64,000 bases of DNA from Candidatus Omnitrophota bacterium (GTDB taxonomy: Bacteria; Omnitrophota; Gorgyraeia; Ghiorseimicrobiales; Ghiorseimicrobiaceae): contig JAUXSB010000061.1 of NCBI GenBank assembly GCA_030681595.1, positions 69,392 through 133,391 on the forward strand. The letters are read 5' to 3'. Below the pieces are notes generated by a model. The model was not told the origin of the DNA. It did no database searches and was given only the letters and a program-made list of their open reading frames with translations. Both the position numbers and the translations under genes were made by a program. This document shows, piece by piece, positions 38,322 through 51,073 of the stretch. Every line of letters starts with the position of its first letter. The stretch's first letter is position 1.

Positions 38322-39123
38322 TCTTATTTATCAGTAATTTTTCTGTTAATGCCCGGGCTGTTTCTTCGGGATTACGTTCGTTAAAGGAAACCATTTCTCC
38401 TCTTTGACGCGGGGTAGGCGCAAATACACGCTTTACCGCGGTAGGAGAACCTTTCATCCCGCATAAATTTTCGTCAATCTCAATTAATTTTTTATCCCAA
38501 GCCTTTACCTGATAACGCGCCGCGCGAAATAGCTCGGGTAAAGGGGCGTATCTTAATTCATTAATGCCGTCTAAAACCGTTATTACCGCGGGAAGCCTGC
38601 TTTTCAGATACTGTTTTCCTTTTTCCGCGTGGCGATAGACAAAAATTTCTTTTCGCTCAAAGTCTATTTTTTCAATTTTTTCTATATAGGTAAGCTGCGA
38701 GAACCCCAGCCTTACCGCAATACCGGGGCCAACCTGCGCGGTATCGCCGTCAACGGTTTGCTTGCCGCAGATAACCAAATCAACCGGATTTTCTTTATTT
38801 AACGCTTTTATCCCGCACGCCAAACAATAGCTGGTGGCTAAAGTATCTGCCCCGGCAAAGGCCCTATCGCTTAAAAGTACTGCTTCGTCAATACCTAAAG
38901 AAACAGCCTTTTTCAAAGCGTCTTTTGCCTGAGGCGGCCCCATAGAAATAGCTGTTATTTTAGCGCCGAATTTATCCTTAATCCGCAAGGCTTCCTCAAT
39001 AGCAAAGATATCGTAAGGATTAATTATGGACGGCACCCCCTGACGCATAAGGGTATTAGTTACCGGGTCAATTTTGACCTGTGTGCTATCCGGGACTTGT
39101 TTTATACAGACAACGATATGCAT
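38314..39123 (-). CDS. fixA: electron transfer flavoprotein beta subunit (EtfB/FixA)
   Basis: 269 aa. MHIVVCIKQVPD is the ETF-beta signature N-terminus. Confidence 0.85.
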   Translation of the reverse strand: MHIVVCIKQVPDSTQVKIDPVTNTLMRQGVPSIINPYDIFAIEEALRIKDKFGAKITAISMGPPQAKDALKKAVSLGIDEAVLLSDRAFAGADTLATSYCLACGIKALNKENPVDLVICGKQTVDGDTAQVGPGIAVRLGFSQLTYIEKIEKIDFERKEIFVYRHAEKGKQYLKSRLPAVITVLDGINELRYAPLPELFRAARYQVKAWDKKLIEIDENLCGMKGSPTAVKRVFAPTPRQRGEMVSFNERNPEETARALTEKLLINKNG

Positions 39124-39153
39124 TTTTTAATAGTGCTGTCCTGCTATTCTTAT

Positions 39154-39197
39154 GGCTTTGGCTAAGCGGAAAGCCAAACCACTGCCTTACCGGCTTA
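39154..39197. repeat. repeat family A, single intergenic copy
   Basis: GGCTTTGGCTAAGCGGAAAGCCAAACCACTGCCTTACCGGCTT between etfB and atpC. It matches the 44-bp unit of the 22876-23008 array. Confidence 0.8.
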
Positions 39198-39262
39198 TAC
39201 CTTTGTTATTATTTTCACACACTTTGGTAAATTTTTAGGTATATCATATTATATTATGCTTG

Positions 39263-40934
<1,672 letters not shown>

Positions 40935-41831
40935 TTAACCTTTCAAAAGTTCCGCAGCACTTGATACTTCAATTATTTCCTTGGTAATTGAAGCCTGCCG
41001 CGCCTTATTCCTTAATAATGTAAGGCTATCAATCATGGTTTCTGCGTTATCCGTAGCCGCCTTCATCGCGATCATCCTTGCTGAGTGCTCCGAAGTAAAG
41101 GCGTTTAAAAGTATCGCGCGCATTTTGGCAGAGATGTATCTTGGGATTAAGTCTTCCAAAATCCTCTCTCTTGAAGGCTCCAAGATATATTCTATCTCTT
41201 CGGCTTTGGCTATATTGAAAGCCAAACCACTGCCCCTCTGGCTTGCGGCTTTGGCGCGTTCAATATTTAAAAATTTCTCTAACGTCGGCTTATATTTTAA
41301 GGCGGAGATAAAATGCGTATAAATAATATAAACTTCATCGGCCTCTTTTGACAAAAACAGCCGTGTAAGAGTATTTGCGATTTCATCAGAAATGTTTTTA
41401 GAAAATACCCCCTGTAAACCGACATACGAATGTAAAATATGAAAATCGCGTTTCTTAAAATAACTAAAGGCTTTCTTACCGACAGTAATAAGTTTTATTT
41501 TTTCTTTTCCTTGGCCGCGGATAAATTGCTCGCAAAGACGGATAATATTATCGTTATAGGTACTAGATAGCCCGGTATCGGAGGTAATCACACAAAGCGC
41601 AGTATTGTTTTTGGGCCTTTCCTCTAAAAACGGGTGTACCGCGACATCTATCCCGCAAAGAAGGTTTTTAAACATCGCTTCTAATTTTAGAAAATATGCG
41701 TTGCCCGCGCGTAAAACCGCCTCACTTTTTTTAAGTTTGGCACCCGAGACCATCTCCATTGCCCGCGTAATCTTCTTGGTGTTTTCTACGCTTCTAATCC
41801 TTCTTTTTATAGTCCTTAGTGATTGGAGCAT
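40935..41831 (-). CDS. atpG: F1 ATP synthase gamma subunit (carries an in-frame repeat-family-A insertion)
   Basis: 298 aa. N-terminus IKRRIRSVENTKKITRAMEMVSGAKL and C-terminus ITKEIIEVSSAAELLKG are canonical gamma. Confidence 0.85.
   Translation of the reverse strand: MLQSLRTIKRRIRSVENTKKITRAMEMVSGAKLKKSEAVLRAGNAYFLKLEAMFKNLLCGIDVAVHPFLEERPKNNTALCVITSDTGLSSTYNDNIIRLCEQFIRGQGKEKIKLITVGKKAFSYFKKRDFHILHSYVGLQGVFSKNISDEIANTLTRLFLSKEADEVYIIYTHFISALKYKPTLEKFLNIERAKAASQRGSGLAFNIAKAEEIEYILEPSRERILEDLIPRYISAKMRAILLNAFTSEHSARMIAMKAATDNAETMIDSLTLLRNKARQASITKEIIEVSSAAELLKG
41202..41257. repeat. repeat family A copy inserted in-frame inside atpG
   Basis: GGCTTTGGCTATATTGAAAGCCAAACCACTGCCCCTCTGGCTTGCGGCTTTGGCGCG. 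On the atpG strand it translates to ERAKAASQRGSGLAFNIAKAEE. Confidence 0.85.
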
Positions 41832-41834
41832 ATT

Positions 41835-43343
41835 TTAAATTTGAAATGTTTTCTTAAACGCGGATAGCGCCTGATTTAGCTTTTCTTTCATCACGTCTTT
41901 TAATTCCTTATGTGTTTCTATTTCATGCTCTATGTCGGCGTAATGCTCTTCGATAAATTTATAAAATTCAGCCTCAAATTTTTTTACCACTGCTAAAGGC
42001 AAATCATCTAAGTAGCCGTTTGTACCGGCATAGATGATTATTACCTGTTTTGCTAAAGAATACGGCTCATACTGGCCCTGTTTTAAAACTTCAACCATGC
42101 GCTCTCCGCGCACAAGCTGCGCTTGAGTAGCCTTGTCTAATTCTGAACCAAACTGAGTAAAGGCGGCTAATTCGCGGTACTGGGCTAAATCAAGCCTAAG
42201 CCTGAGTGCTACCTGCTTCATGGCTTTTTCCTGAGCTTTTCCTCCGACGCGCGAAACCGATAAACCAACATTAATTGCCGGCCGTACTCCCGCGTAAAAA
42301 AGATCATTCTCAAGATAAATCTGTCCGTCAGTAATCGAGATAACGTTTGTGGGGATATAGCTAGTCATATCTCCTGCCTGCGTTTCGATAATCGGCAATG
42401 CTGTCAAAGAACCTGAGCCTAATTTATCATTTAATTTTGCCGCGCGCTCAAGTAGCCTTGAATGTAAATAAAAAATATCTCCCGGATACGCTTCTCTTCC
42501 CGGCGGCCTACGAAGCAATAGAGATAATTGCCTATAGGCCTGCGCGTGTTTGGACAAATCGTCATAGATCACCAGGGCATGTTTGCCGGAATACATAAAC
42601 TCCTCTGCCAAAGCGCACCCGGCATAGGCCGCCAAATACTGTAATGCCGCAGGCTCATCAGGGGGGGCGGCGACAACGGTAGTGTATTCCATCGCCCCGT
42701 ATTTTTCTAAAGTTTTAACCACCGCCACAATATTGGATAGTTTTTGGCCGATAGCGACATAGACGCAGTAAACATCGCTATTTTTCTGATTAATTATCGT
42801 ATCAACGACAATCGCGGTTTTTCCGGTCTGCCGGTCTCCGATAATTAGCTCGCGCTGGCCGCGGCCGATAGGAATCATGGAATCAATTGCTTTAATCCCG
42901 GTTTGCATCGGCTCTTTCACGGGTTGGCGCTCAACCACGTTGGGGGCGCGCGCCTCAAGAAACCTGAATTTTTCCGTAACTACCGGGCCCTTACCGTCAA
43001 TAGGCCTGCCTAAAGCATCCACTACCCGGCCAACAAGAGCATTTCCCACCGGAACCTGCGCGATTTTTCCTGTCCTTTTTACGATATCGCCATCTTTAAT
43101 TTCTTTGTCTGAACCAAAAATGACAATACCGACATTGTCCTCTTCCAGATTAAAAACCATGCCTAAAATATTCCCGGGAAACTCAACCAGTTCCCCTGCC
43201 ATTACGTCATCAAGCCCGTGCACGCGCGCTATGCCGTCGCCCACATAGAGGACAGTCCCTACGGATTCAACTTTTAATTTTGCCTTATAGTTTAGGAGTT
43301 CTTTTTTTATAATTGAAGCGACTTCTTCCGGCCTTATACTCAT
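41835..43343 (-). CDS. atpA: F1 ATP synthase alpha subunit
   Basis: 502 aa. Walker A GDRQTGKT. Confidence 0.9.
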   Translation of the reverse strand: MSIRPEEVASIIKKELLNYKAKLKVESVGTVLYVGDGIARVHGLDDVMAGELVEFPGNILGMVFNLEEDNVGIVIFGSDKEIKDGDIVKRTGKIAQVPVGNALVGRVVDALGRPIDGKGPVVTEKFRFLEARAPNVVERQPVKEPMQTGIKAIDSMIPIGRGQRELIIGDRQTGKTAIVVDTIINQKNSDVYCVYVAIGQKLSNIVAVVKTLEKYGAMEYTTVVAAPPDEPAALQYLAAYAGCALAEEFMYSGKHALVIYDDLSKHAQAYRQLSLLLRRPPGREAYPGDIFYLHSRLLERAAKLNDKLGSGSLTALPIIETQAGDMTSYIPTNVISITDGQIYLENDLFYAGVRPAINVGLSVSRVGGKAQEKAMKQVALRLRLDLAQYRELAAFTQFGSELDKATQAQLVRGERMVEVLKQGQYEPYSLAKQVIIIYAGTNGYLDDLPLAVVKKFEAEFYKFIEEHYADIEHEIETHKELKDVMKEKLNQALSAFKKTFQI

Positions 43344-43345
43344 TT

Positions 43346-43894
43346 TTACCCCACCTTAATTTTTAATAGGTTTTCCTTTAAGTCTAAAATCTTTTTTTTC
43401 ACTGACGCATCAATAACGACATTGCCGACGATCGCCTGTATTCCGCCGATTAAATCCGGAGCGATACTAGCTTCTAATTCCATTTTTTTTTGCAGCCTTT
43501 GTTCTAATTTTTCTTTTACTTGGTCTAATTTCTTTTCATCTGGAAGAAAGGCTGTCTTTAGCAACACCTTTTCAATACCTATTTCACGCTGATAAATAAC
43601 CTTAGCATAATCAGCGATTTGCGCAATCTGGTTTATGCGGCCTTTTTTTATGATAAACTCCAGAAAATTTAGGCTATTTGACGAAAAACCTTTCTTGAAA
43701 ACACGCTCAATAAAAGCTTCTTTATCGGAAAATTCAATTTCAGGATTCTTAAAGAATTCTTCTAATTCGGGGCTTTCTCCAATAATCAGTTTTAATCTTT
43801 CCAATTCCTCAAAGGCCTCTTTTGCGCCGATATTCGCGCGGCAAGAATCCAAAAACCCTTGCGCATATCTTCTGGATGCCGCCTTGTCTTTCAC
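43346..43894 (-). CDS. atpH: F1 ATP synthase delta subunit
   Basis: 182 aa, all-alpha. Position between atpF and atpA; C-terminal [19 protein letters not shown] is the delta/OSCP signature. Confidence 0.75.
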   Translation of the reverse strand: MKDKAASRRYAQGFLDSCRANIGAKEAFEELERLKLIIGESPELEEFFKNPEIEFSDKEAFIERVFKKGFSSNSLNFLEFIIKKGRINQIAQIADYAKVIYQREIGIEKVLLKTAFLPDEKKLDQVKEKLEQRLQKKMELEASIAPDLIGGIQAIVGNVVIDASVKKKILDLKENLLKIKVG

Positions 43895-43942
43895 CCCGCT
43901 CTTCCTCCCTTAATTACCCAGCCCTTTTAGGAAGGGCGGGGT

Positions 43943-44440
43943 TCATTTTACCTCATCCAACTCATCTAAAAATTCGGAGATTAACTTTTTGTCTTTTTCG
44001 CTGGTAAGCTTTTCTTTAATAATATACTCTGTTGCGCCTATAGTCAGATCAATAACTTTATCCTTCAATACTTCTTTAGCTTTAGAAAGCTCTAGTTCAA
44101 TATTCTCTTCGGCCTTTTTCAGGATTATCCGCGAGTCAGCTGCAGCCTTTTCCCTTATCTCCTGCGCAATGTGCCGGGCCTGGCTAACCGCCTCCTGAAT
44201 TTTTACCTGCGCGAGCTCGTCTATTCTTTCTAACTTTTCATTATAATCAGACTTCAGTTTAGAAATTTCTTCTTTTGCTTCTTCAATTTTTTGAAATTCC
44301 GAAGCTATTTTTTCGCGGCGTGCGTCAAGCAATAAAAGTATCTTCTTCCAGGCAAAAGCCCTTAAGATAAAAAAGAGAATTAGGAAGCTGATAACCTGCG
44401 CTACTATTTCGTTTGTGCTTAAAAGCCTTAAAAGTTCCAT
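43943..44440 (-). CDS. atpF: Fo ATP synthase subunit b
   Basis: 165 aa. N-terminal TM helix, long charged coiled coil, and operon position. Confidence 0.75.
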   Translation of the reverse strand: MELLRLLSTNEIVAQVISFLILFFILRAFAWKKILLLLDARREKIASEFQKIEEAKEEISKLKSDYNEKLERIDELAQVKIQEAVSQARHIAQEIREKAAADSRIILKKAEENIELELSKAKEVLKDKVIDLTIGATEYIIKEKLTSEKDKKLISEFLDELDEVK

Positions 44441-44464
44441 TTTGGATTTGTCGTAAAATCTAGG

Positions 44465-44698
44465 TTATTGTATTTTTCCCATAAGCTGAAACGATACCAC
44501 CAAAGAATAAATGGTTAATGCCTCGATTAAAGCGCATCCGGCAATCATGTTTACTAATATTTTGGTTGATGCCTCAGGCTGACGGGCTGTGGCATCCATC
44601 GCCGCTGAAACCGCCTTACCTAACGCAAGGGCTGAACCCACCGCCGCAATTGCCAAACCCATAGGCACAAAAATCGATAATGCTACTCTGTAATCCAT
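44465..44698 (-). CDS. atpE: Fo ATP synthase subunit c
   Basis: 77 aa. Two TM helices around a polar loop (ARQPEAS) with the conserved carboxylate (IEAL) in helix 2. Confidence 0.85.
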   Translation of the reverse strand: MDYRVALSIFVPMGLAIAAVGSALALGKAVSAAMDATARQPEASTKILVNMIAGCALIEALTIYSLVVSFQLMGKIQ

Positions 44699-44902
44699 CT
44701 TTTTCTCCTCTCAATGACGACACAAGTTATGTCGCTTTTAGCTCCATAACTTGTATGTCGGAATTGATACCGAAAGCTGCAAGAAAAATTTGTCCCAAAT
44801 TTTTCCCCTAGAAATCGCGTTGCGATTTCAGGGACTTTAGTCCTGGAAATTCTTTAGAATTTCTCAGGGCAAGCGCTTAGCTTTCGGTACATCCACCTCA
44901 AA

Positions 44903-45694
44903 TTAACCCTTTTCCCCTTGATGCTCCTTATACGGCAACACTAGCGCGAAATATATCGTGCTTAAAAGAGCGAATACTGTTGCCTGAATAAAAGAAGATA
45001 ACACCGTCAGAAGCATGCTAAAAATAAATAACGGGACACCCGCTATGCCGAAACTGGCGGCTACCGATAATAGGGCATCCTCCGCCCAGACATTGCTCCT
45101 TAAACGTAGAGCCAAACTCAAAGGCCTGACTAATTCTGAAACCAAGTGAATCGCGAATATTAAAACCGGAATAAACACCGTAAAAGCAATTATACCCCGG
45201 GGTTTACCCATCATATGGTCAATGTATCCGCGTACGCCATTTTCTTTTATGGCTGTATACTGCACATAAATAAAAACACAGATTGCCAAAGCGACAGTAG
45301 TTGACAGGCTTGAAGTTGAAGACTTCATTAGCGGGATAAGCCCGAAAAGATTCATTGTCAGGATATATAAAAAAAGTGTCCCGATAAAAGGCGTAAATTT
45401 TCTTCCGTGATGGCCCAAAATGCCGCAGACAAAATCGTCTATTGCCGAAACCAAGATTTCAAGAAAGCCCTGCAACCTCCCCGGGACAAGGCCAGCCTTC
45501 TTCGTTGCCCGATACGCCACAAAAGATAAAAGTGCTGCGATAATTACCGAAAAAATCACATTCTCCCAGATATGCAGGTACTCAGCAAAACGGCTGCCAT
45601 GAAATTTCTCTGCCAAGATACTGATTAAATTCGGCAGCTCCGCATGCTGTTGAGTAGAATGCGAAATAACTACTGAATGCGCTTCTTGTGACAT
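44903..45694 (-). CDS. atpB: Fo ATP synthase subunit a
   Basis: 263 aa, polytopic. The conserved Arg region (LSLALRLRSNVWAEDALL) is typical of subunit a. Confidence 0.8.
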   Translation of the reverse strand: MSQEAHSVVISHSTQQHAELPNLISILAEKFHGSRFAEYLHIWENVIFSVIIAALLSFVAYRATKKAGLVPGRLQGFLEILVSAIDDFVCGILGHHGRKFTPFIGTLFLYILTMNLFGLIPLMKSSTSSLSTTVALAICVFIYVQYTAIKENGVRGYIDHMMGKPRGIIAFTVFIPVLIFAIHLVSELVRPLSLALRLRSNVWAEDALLSVAASFGIAGVPLFIFSMLLTVLSSFIQATVFALLSTIYFALVLPYKEHQGEKG

Positions 45695-45695
45695 A

Positions 45696-45941
45696 TTAAC
45701 TCTTATCTATTTTGATAGCAAGCCTAATTAGGCGGATTGTTTCTACGGCGCTTGAAACAAATCCCATTGTGATACAAATTACGGATACGGCTTGGCCTAA
45801 ATTAAATTTATTTCTTAAATACTCACCGAGAAAATTTCCTGCCAAAGGGCCGGCCACAAGGACAAAAGGCAGAAATAATAAAACCCCGGCAATCTTAGTT
45901 TGTTTATAAAATTCTTTTTTCTTATCTACTGACATACGCAT
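45696..45941 (-). CDS. small membrane protein at the head of the atp operon (AtpZ/AtpI-like)
   Basis: 81 aa, two TM helices, immediately upstream of atpB. Confidence 0.5.
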   Translation of the reverse strand: MRMSVDKKKEFYKQTKIAGVLLFLPFVLVAGPLAGNFLGEYLRNKFNLGQAVSVICITMGFVSSAVETIRLIRLAIKIDKS

Positions 45942-46049
45942 AAATAATAGAAGTTTTGGAAGCCAGTATTTTGGCCGTATGCAAGGCGTAACGACGAAGA
46001 TGTAGTCTTTTGTACTACTTCAAGGAGGAGCAACGCGGCAGACGGGCAT

Positions 46050-46091
46050 GGCTTTGGCTATATTGAAAGCCAAACCACTGCCTTCTCGCTT
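46050..46091. repeat. repeat family A, single intergenic copy
   Basis: GGCTTTGGCTATATTGAAAGCCAAACCACTGCCTTCTCGCTTG between nuoN and the atp operon. Confidence 0.8.
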
Positions 46092-46251
46092 GAAAGACGG
46101 CTTCCCCTTCGGGGCCGGATGCTTTTGGGCTGCGATTGCGTCGTTCGTCCTTGGCGTAGTGCATTGACTACGCCGGCGTCCTCACTCCTTATCTCGCTCC
46201 AAAATCCTTACGGCCAAAGCTTCCATTATTTATACGTAGGTCAGTTCTCAA

Positions 46252-47670
46252 TTAGAACTGCAATCCGTTAATCCAGTTTAAAACCGGACAAGGCCACAAC
46301 CCGATAACTAAAATGCTGACAAACGCGATAACTAAAGCGAAATTCAGCGCAAACGGCCTTGGTAGTATGGGCGTTTCTTTCGGTTCGCTTAAGTACATAA
46401 ACCGGATAATCTTTACGTAATAGTAAAGTGCTACGACGCTGTTAATTACACCGATAACCGCCAACATTATAAACCTAGCCTCGATTGCCGCGGCAAAGAC
46501 TAAAAACTTAGCCATGAACCCTCCCAAAGGAGGGATACCAGCCAAAGAAAGCAAAAAGACCGTAAAGACAAAAGCTGTGAAAGGCTGCCTTTTATAAAAA
46601 CCCGCGTAGTCTTCAATATCATGGCTTTTTATCGATTCGGAAATCAAAGCTACACAGGCAAATGCCCCCAGGTTCATGAACAGATAAGTAAAAAGATAAA
46701 ACAAGACTGCCTTTATCCCTAAAGGCGTGGCGACTACGAAACCGATTAAAATATACCCTGCCTGGGCAATGGAAGAATAACCAAGGAGGCGCTTCACATT
46801 TGTCTGGGTTATGGCAATAATATTGCCGAGAGTCATGGTAAAAATAGAAACGGCTGTCACAAAACACACCCACATATCCGTAGAAATAAATATATCGCAC
46901 AAGAAAATACGTAAAAGCACGGCAAACCCTACTGCTTTGGGGCCGACGGAAATCAAAGCGGTTACCGGCGTAGGCGCTCCCTGATAGGCATCCGGCACCC
47001 ACATATGAAACGGCACAAGCGCGCATTTAAAGCTGAGGCCGGAAAAAATAAAAAGTAACGGCACGAATACCGCGAAATTATTCTGCGCCTGGTTTAGGCT
47101 CGCTGAAATAGTCGACAAATCTAAAGTACCGAATAAGCCATAGACAAAAGAAATCCCGTAAAGCATAACCGCGCTCGTTAGACTGCCAAAAAGAAAATAT
47201 TTCAAAGCGCCCTCGCTGGAAAAAAGATCATTTTTTCGAAAGGCGGTTAAAATATAAGCTAAAAGCGACACGGCCTCGATGGCAATATAAATCATCAGCA
47301 GGTTATGCGAAGAAACTGCCAGCATCATCGCGATAGTCAAGATAAGCAAAAGAAAATAATATTCCCCCCTATCCTCTTTTAAAATCCGTTTATAGCCTAT
47401 AGAGATTAAAATTACGATTGCCGCTGTCAATAAAAAAAGATATTTAAAAAACTCGGAGAAAGAATCGCTTACCAAGATGTTAAAAAATATACTGGTCCCG
47501 GAAATATAGCTTTGTGGAAGTAAAAGGCCGGCTAAGATTAAGCCGGCTAAACTTAATACACCCAAAATGCTCTTCTTTTTAACAAACAATCCGAGAAACA
47601 AAACCGCCAACGCACAAATCAGAAGAATTATTTCTGGTAAAATAAACTTTAAATCCGCTAAAATACTCAC
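46252..47670 (-). CDS. nuoN: NADH-quinone oxidoreductase subunit N
   Basis: 472 aa polytopic antiporter-like subunit, last gene of the nuo cluster. Confidence 0.85.
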   Translation of the reverse strand: MSILADLKFILPEIILLICALAVLFLGLFVKKKSILGVLSLAGLILAGLLLPQSYISGTSIFFNILVSDSFSEFFKYLFLLTAAIVILISIGYKRILKEDRGEYYFLLLILTIAMMLAVSSHNLLMIYIAIEAVSLLAYILTAFRKNDLFSSEGALKYFLFGSLTSAVMLYGISFVYGLFGTLDLSTISASLNQAQNNFAVFVPLLFIFSGLSFKCALVPFHMWVPDAYQGAPTPVTALISVGPKAVGFAVLLRIFLCDIFISTDMWVCFVTAVSIFTMTLGNIIAITQTNVKRLLGYSSIAQAGYILIGFVVATPLGIKAVLFYLFTYLFMNLGAFACVALISESIKSHDIEDYAGFYKRQPFTAFVFTVFLLSLAGIPPLGGFMAKFLVFAAAIEARFIMLAVIGVINSVVALYYYVKIIRFMYLSEPKETPILPRPFALNFALVIAFVSILVIGLWPCPVLNWINGLQF

Positions 47671-49148
47671 TGAATAACCCCTGAAATTTTAGTGATTAAG
47701 TCAATTACTGCCGCAGACTGATACTTAAGTATGCTTAAAGGATATACCCCGATTACCACCGTAATTATCATTAAGGGAACTAAAGTAAAAATTTCTACTT
47801 TACTTATATCAGAAAGCCCGGCCCATTTTTCATTTAAACTCCCCAGCAGCATGCGCTGCAGCATATAGAGGAAATATCCGGCGGTAATCACCAGGCCCAA
47901 GGCGGAAATGATAGTCACGGTTTTAAAAGTATAATAACCGCCCAAAAGCGATAAAAACTCGCCCACAAACCCGCTTAATCCGGGAAGCCCCAAAGAAGCA
48001 AAGGTAAATAACGATAAGAAGCCCGCGTATACCGGCATTTTAACGCCTAAGCCGCCGAATTTATCCAAATCTCTTGTGTGTGCGCGGCTATAAATTACGC
48101 CTACGAGTAAAAACATCGCACCCGTAATTATGCCGTGGTTAAACATCTGCAGTATCGCTCCGTTAAAACCGGTAACCGTAAAACTTGCCATGCCCAAAAG
48201 CACAAAGCCCATATGGCTTACCGAAGAATAAGCAACCATCTTTTTAAAATCTGTCTGCGCCATCGCCACAAACGCGCCGTAAAGTATATTCACCGCGCCT
48301 AACACCGCAAGCGGAAACGCAAAATAATGCGCTGCGTCTTTTAAAAGCGGAAAACTTATCCTTAAAAAACCATAAGCGCCCATCTTAAGCAATACCCCGG
48401 CAAGAATAACGCTTATCGGGGTAGGGGCTTCTACGTGCGCGTCAGGAAGCCAGGTATGAAACGGAAAAATCGGCACCTTGACCGCGAACCCAAAATAAAA
48501 AGCGAGAAATATCAGAATCTGTAAGCCTAAGGTAAATGCCGGCGCGTATTTAGCCAGCTCCAGAATATCAAAGGTGCGCACAGGTGAATTAAAATAAAGC
48601 GCTAAAATCCCTAAAAGCATAAAAACGGAACCGGCTAAAGTATAGAGGAAGAACTTCATCGCCGCGTATTCTTTTCTTGCCCCACCCCAGATACCGATTA
48701 AGAAATACATCGGCACCAAAACCAATTCCCAAAAAACATAAAATAAAAATAAGTCCAAAGCCACAAATGTCCCCAACATTCCGGTAATCAGCATAAGATA
48801 AAGGAAAAAATATTCTTTATGCCGGATATGTATATCGCGGCATGACGAGATACAGGCCAAAAAGCTTAGTAAGCCGGTTAAAAAGATAAGCCCGATGCTT
48901 AAGCCGTCAAGGCCTAAATGATAACTCACATTTATCTGCGGTATCCAGGTAAGCCTCTCTTCAAATTGCATATTTGTGTTTGTATAATTAAATTTAATAA
49001 GCAAGAAAATTGAAATAATAAATACCGCCGCGGTAATAACGGTGGCCAACGCTTTAATCGCGCCTGTCTTCTTCTTGGGGATGAGTAGTATAACTAAACT
49101 GCCTAACAGCGGCAAAAATACAAGTAAGCTCAAAATTGGAAAGGACAT
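47667..49148 (-). CDS. nuoM: NADH-quinone oxidoreductase subunit M
   Basis: 493 aa, Mrp-antiporter-like subunit with conserved TWLPDAHVEAPTP. Confidence 0.85.
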   Translation of the reverse strand: MSFPILSLLVFLPLLGSLVILLIPKKKTGAIKALATVITAAVFIISIFLLIKFNYTNTNMQFEERLTWIPQINVSYHLGLDGLSIGLIFLTGLLSFLACISSCRDIHIRHKEYFFLYLMLITGMLGTFVALDLFLFYVFWELVLVPMYFLIGIWGGARKEYAAMKFFLYTLAGSVFMLLGILALYFNSPVRTFDILELAKYAPAFTLGLQILIFLAFYFGFAVKVPIFPFHTWLPDAHVEAPTPISVILAGVLLKMGAYGFLRISFPLLKDAAHYFAFPLAVLGAVNILYGAFVAMAQTDFKKMVAYSSVSHMGFVLLGMASFTVTGFNGAILQMFNHGIITGAMFLLVGVIYSRAHTRDLDKFGGLGVKMPVYAGFLSLFTFASLGLPGLSGFVGEFLSLLGGYYTFKTVTIISALGLVITAGYFLYMLQRMLLGSLNEKWAGLSDISKVEIFTLVPLMIITVVIGVYPLSILKYQSAAVIDLITKISGVIQ

Positions 49149-49150
49149 CT

Positions 49151-51073
49151 CTAGTTCCCTCCTATCAATTTAAAAATAATCACGAGAATTATGCCGAAAA
49201 ACGCAACAAGCAAATAATTTTGTATTAGCCCTGTTTGCATCCGGCGTAAAGCCCCCGAAGAAACCTGAAAGACTATACCGACAAGATTTACCAGGCCGTC
49301 AACTATATATCTATCAAACCACGCCTGTATCTTACTTAAAACGATGGTTTGTGAGGCGGCTAAATTTACCGCGCGGTCAACTACGCCGCTGTCAAACCCC
49401 GAAGATATACGCGCAAGGCGTAACGCCGGTTTAACAAATAAAAAATCATAAATTTCATCAAAATAATATTTGTTGGATATAAGGTTATACAGCGGCTTAA
49501 ACTTAGCCCGCACGCTTTCGGCTAAAATTTTATTATTACGGATATAAAATAAATATGATAGCGCAATACCTAAAAATGCCACAAGTATTGAAAGCCCCAT
49601 CGCCAGATAATTGACCGCTATCTCTTCTTGATGATGTAACCCAGGCATAGCGATAAAATTCTGAAAGGCGTGATGCGTAAAAGGCGAGCCTAAAAGGCCG
49701 ATGAATATGGAGAAAAACGCCAAGATGCCCAAGGGAATAGTCATCACTTTGGGCGACTCATGGGCGTGTAGTTCTGAACGCGGCCTGCCGAATAACGCCA
49801 AAAAAATCAGCCGAAACATATAAAATGAGGTCAAAAGGCTGGTTAAGAGTGCCGCAGAAAATAAAACCGGATGCCCATTATTTAGCGCCTCGGCTAAGAT
49901 TTCATCCTTTGACCAAAACCCGGAAAAGGGCGGCACTCCGGCTATGGCAAGAGCGGCGATAACAAAAGTAATGGAAGTGGCTTTCATCTTTTTAAAAAGG
50001 CCGCCCATCTTTAAAAGGTCCTGCGTCTGTACGCCGTGGATTACGGATCCTGCGCAAAGAAACAAGAGCGCTTTAAAAAAAGCGTGAGTCATCAAATGAA
50101 ATGTCCCCGCTGAATATCCACCAACACCCAAACCCAGCATCATTAAACCCAATTGGCTTATTGTCGAGTATGCCAAAACCCTCTTTATATCATTAGTTAC
50201 CGTAGCAATGGAAGCCGCCATTAAAGCAGTAATTGCACCGATTACCCCGACAACCGCCAGAGACGCCTCGTTTAACATAAACAAACTATAGGTTCTTGCG
50301 ACTAAATATACGCCGGCCGCCACCATGGTCGCGGCATGGATAAGCGCAGACACTGGAGTAGGCCCTTCCATAGCATCCGGAAGCCAGGTATGCAAAGGAA
50401 ACTGCGCAGACTTACCTATTGCGCCGCAGAAAATTAATAACGCGGCGATATAAAATAAATTATTCTGCGTATCTAACGCGCTAAGATCCTTAAAATAAAC
50501 ACTGCCGGTAATAAAATAAAGGAGCAATATCCCTATAAAAAACCCTGTATCTCCTATACGGGTGGTAATAAACGCCTTCATACCGGCGCGCGCGGCAGAC
50601 ATTTTTTCAAACCAGAAAGAAATTAATAAATATGAACAAAGCCCTACCCCCTCCCAACCCATGTAAAACATCAGCAGGTTATCCGCTATTATCAGGCTTA
50701 ACATTGAAGTCATAAAAAGCGACAAATACGCGAAGAACCGGGAAAAACGCGGGTCTTTCTCCATATAACCGATAGAATAAACCTGGATAAGCGTGCCTAC
50801 GCAAGTTACTACCAGAAGCATCATACAGGAAAGAGCGTCAACGGTTACGCCAAAATCAAGTGCTGTATTATTAAAGGAAAGGAAACGATATACGACATAA
50901 GAGCCCTCACCGTTTAAAAACCCAATAAAAGTAAAAATGGAAACCAGGAATGATACGGTAGAAAAAAGGATAGAAACTAAAGCGCTTACCTTCTTAATCT
51001 TCCTGCCAAAAAAGATATTAATCAGGAAAGCTATAAAAGGAAAAACAGGAATTAAATGCGTAAATTTTACCAT
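49151..51073 (-). CDS. nuoL: NADH-quinone oxidoreductase subunit L
   Basis: 640 aa with HTWLPDAMEGPTPVSALIHAATMV and the long C-terminal extension typical of NuoL. Confidence 0.85.
   Translation of the reverse strand: MVKFTHLIPVFPFIAFLINIFFGRKIKKVSALVSILFSTVSFLVSIFTFIGFLNGEGSYVVYRFLSFNNTALDFGVTVDALSCMMLLVVTCVGTLIQVYSIGYMEKDPRFSRFFAYLSLFMTSMLSLIIADNLLMFYMGWEGVGLCSYLLISFWFEKMSAARAGMKAFITTRIGDTGFFIGILLLYFITGSVYFKDLSALDTQNNLFYIAALLIFCGAIGKSAQFPLHTWLPDAMEGPTPVSALIHAATMVAAGVYLVARTYSLFMLNEASLAVVGVIGAITALMAASIATVTNDIKRVLAYSTISQLGLMMLGLGVGGYSAGTFHLMTHAFFKALLFLCAGSVIHGVQTQDLLKMGGLFKKMKATSITFVIAALAIAGVPPFSGFWSKDEILAEALNNGHPVLFSAALLTSLLTSFYMFRLIFLALFGRPRSELHAHESPKVMTIPLGILAFFSIFIGLLGSPFTHHAFQNFIAMPGLHHQEEIAVNYLAMGLSILVAFLGIALSYLFYIRNNKILAESVRAKFKPLYNLISNKYYFDEIYDFLFVKPALRLARISSGFDSGVVDRAVNLAASQTIVLSKIQAWFDRYIVDGLVNLVGIVFQVSSGALRRMQTGLIQNYLLVAFFGIILVIIFKLIGGN

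Noticed and set aside
46619-47026. ORF 46619-47026 (135 aa) inside nuoN
   Set aside because: Out-of-frame overlap with a conserved polytopic NuoN sequence; Cys/Arg-rich artefact.
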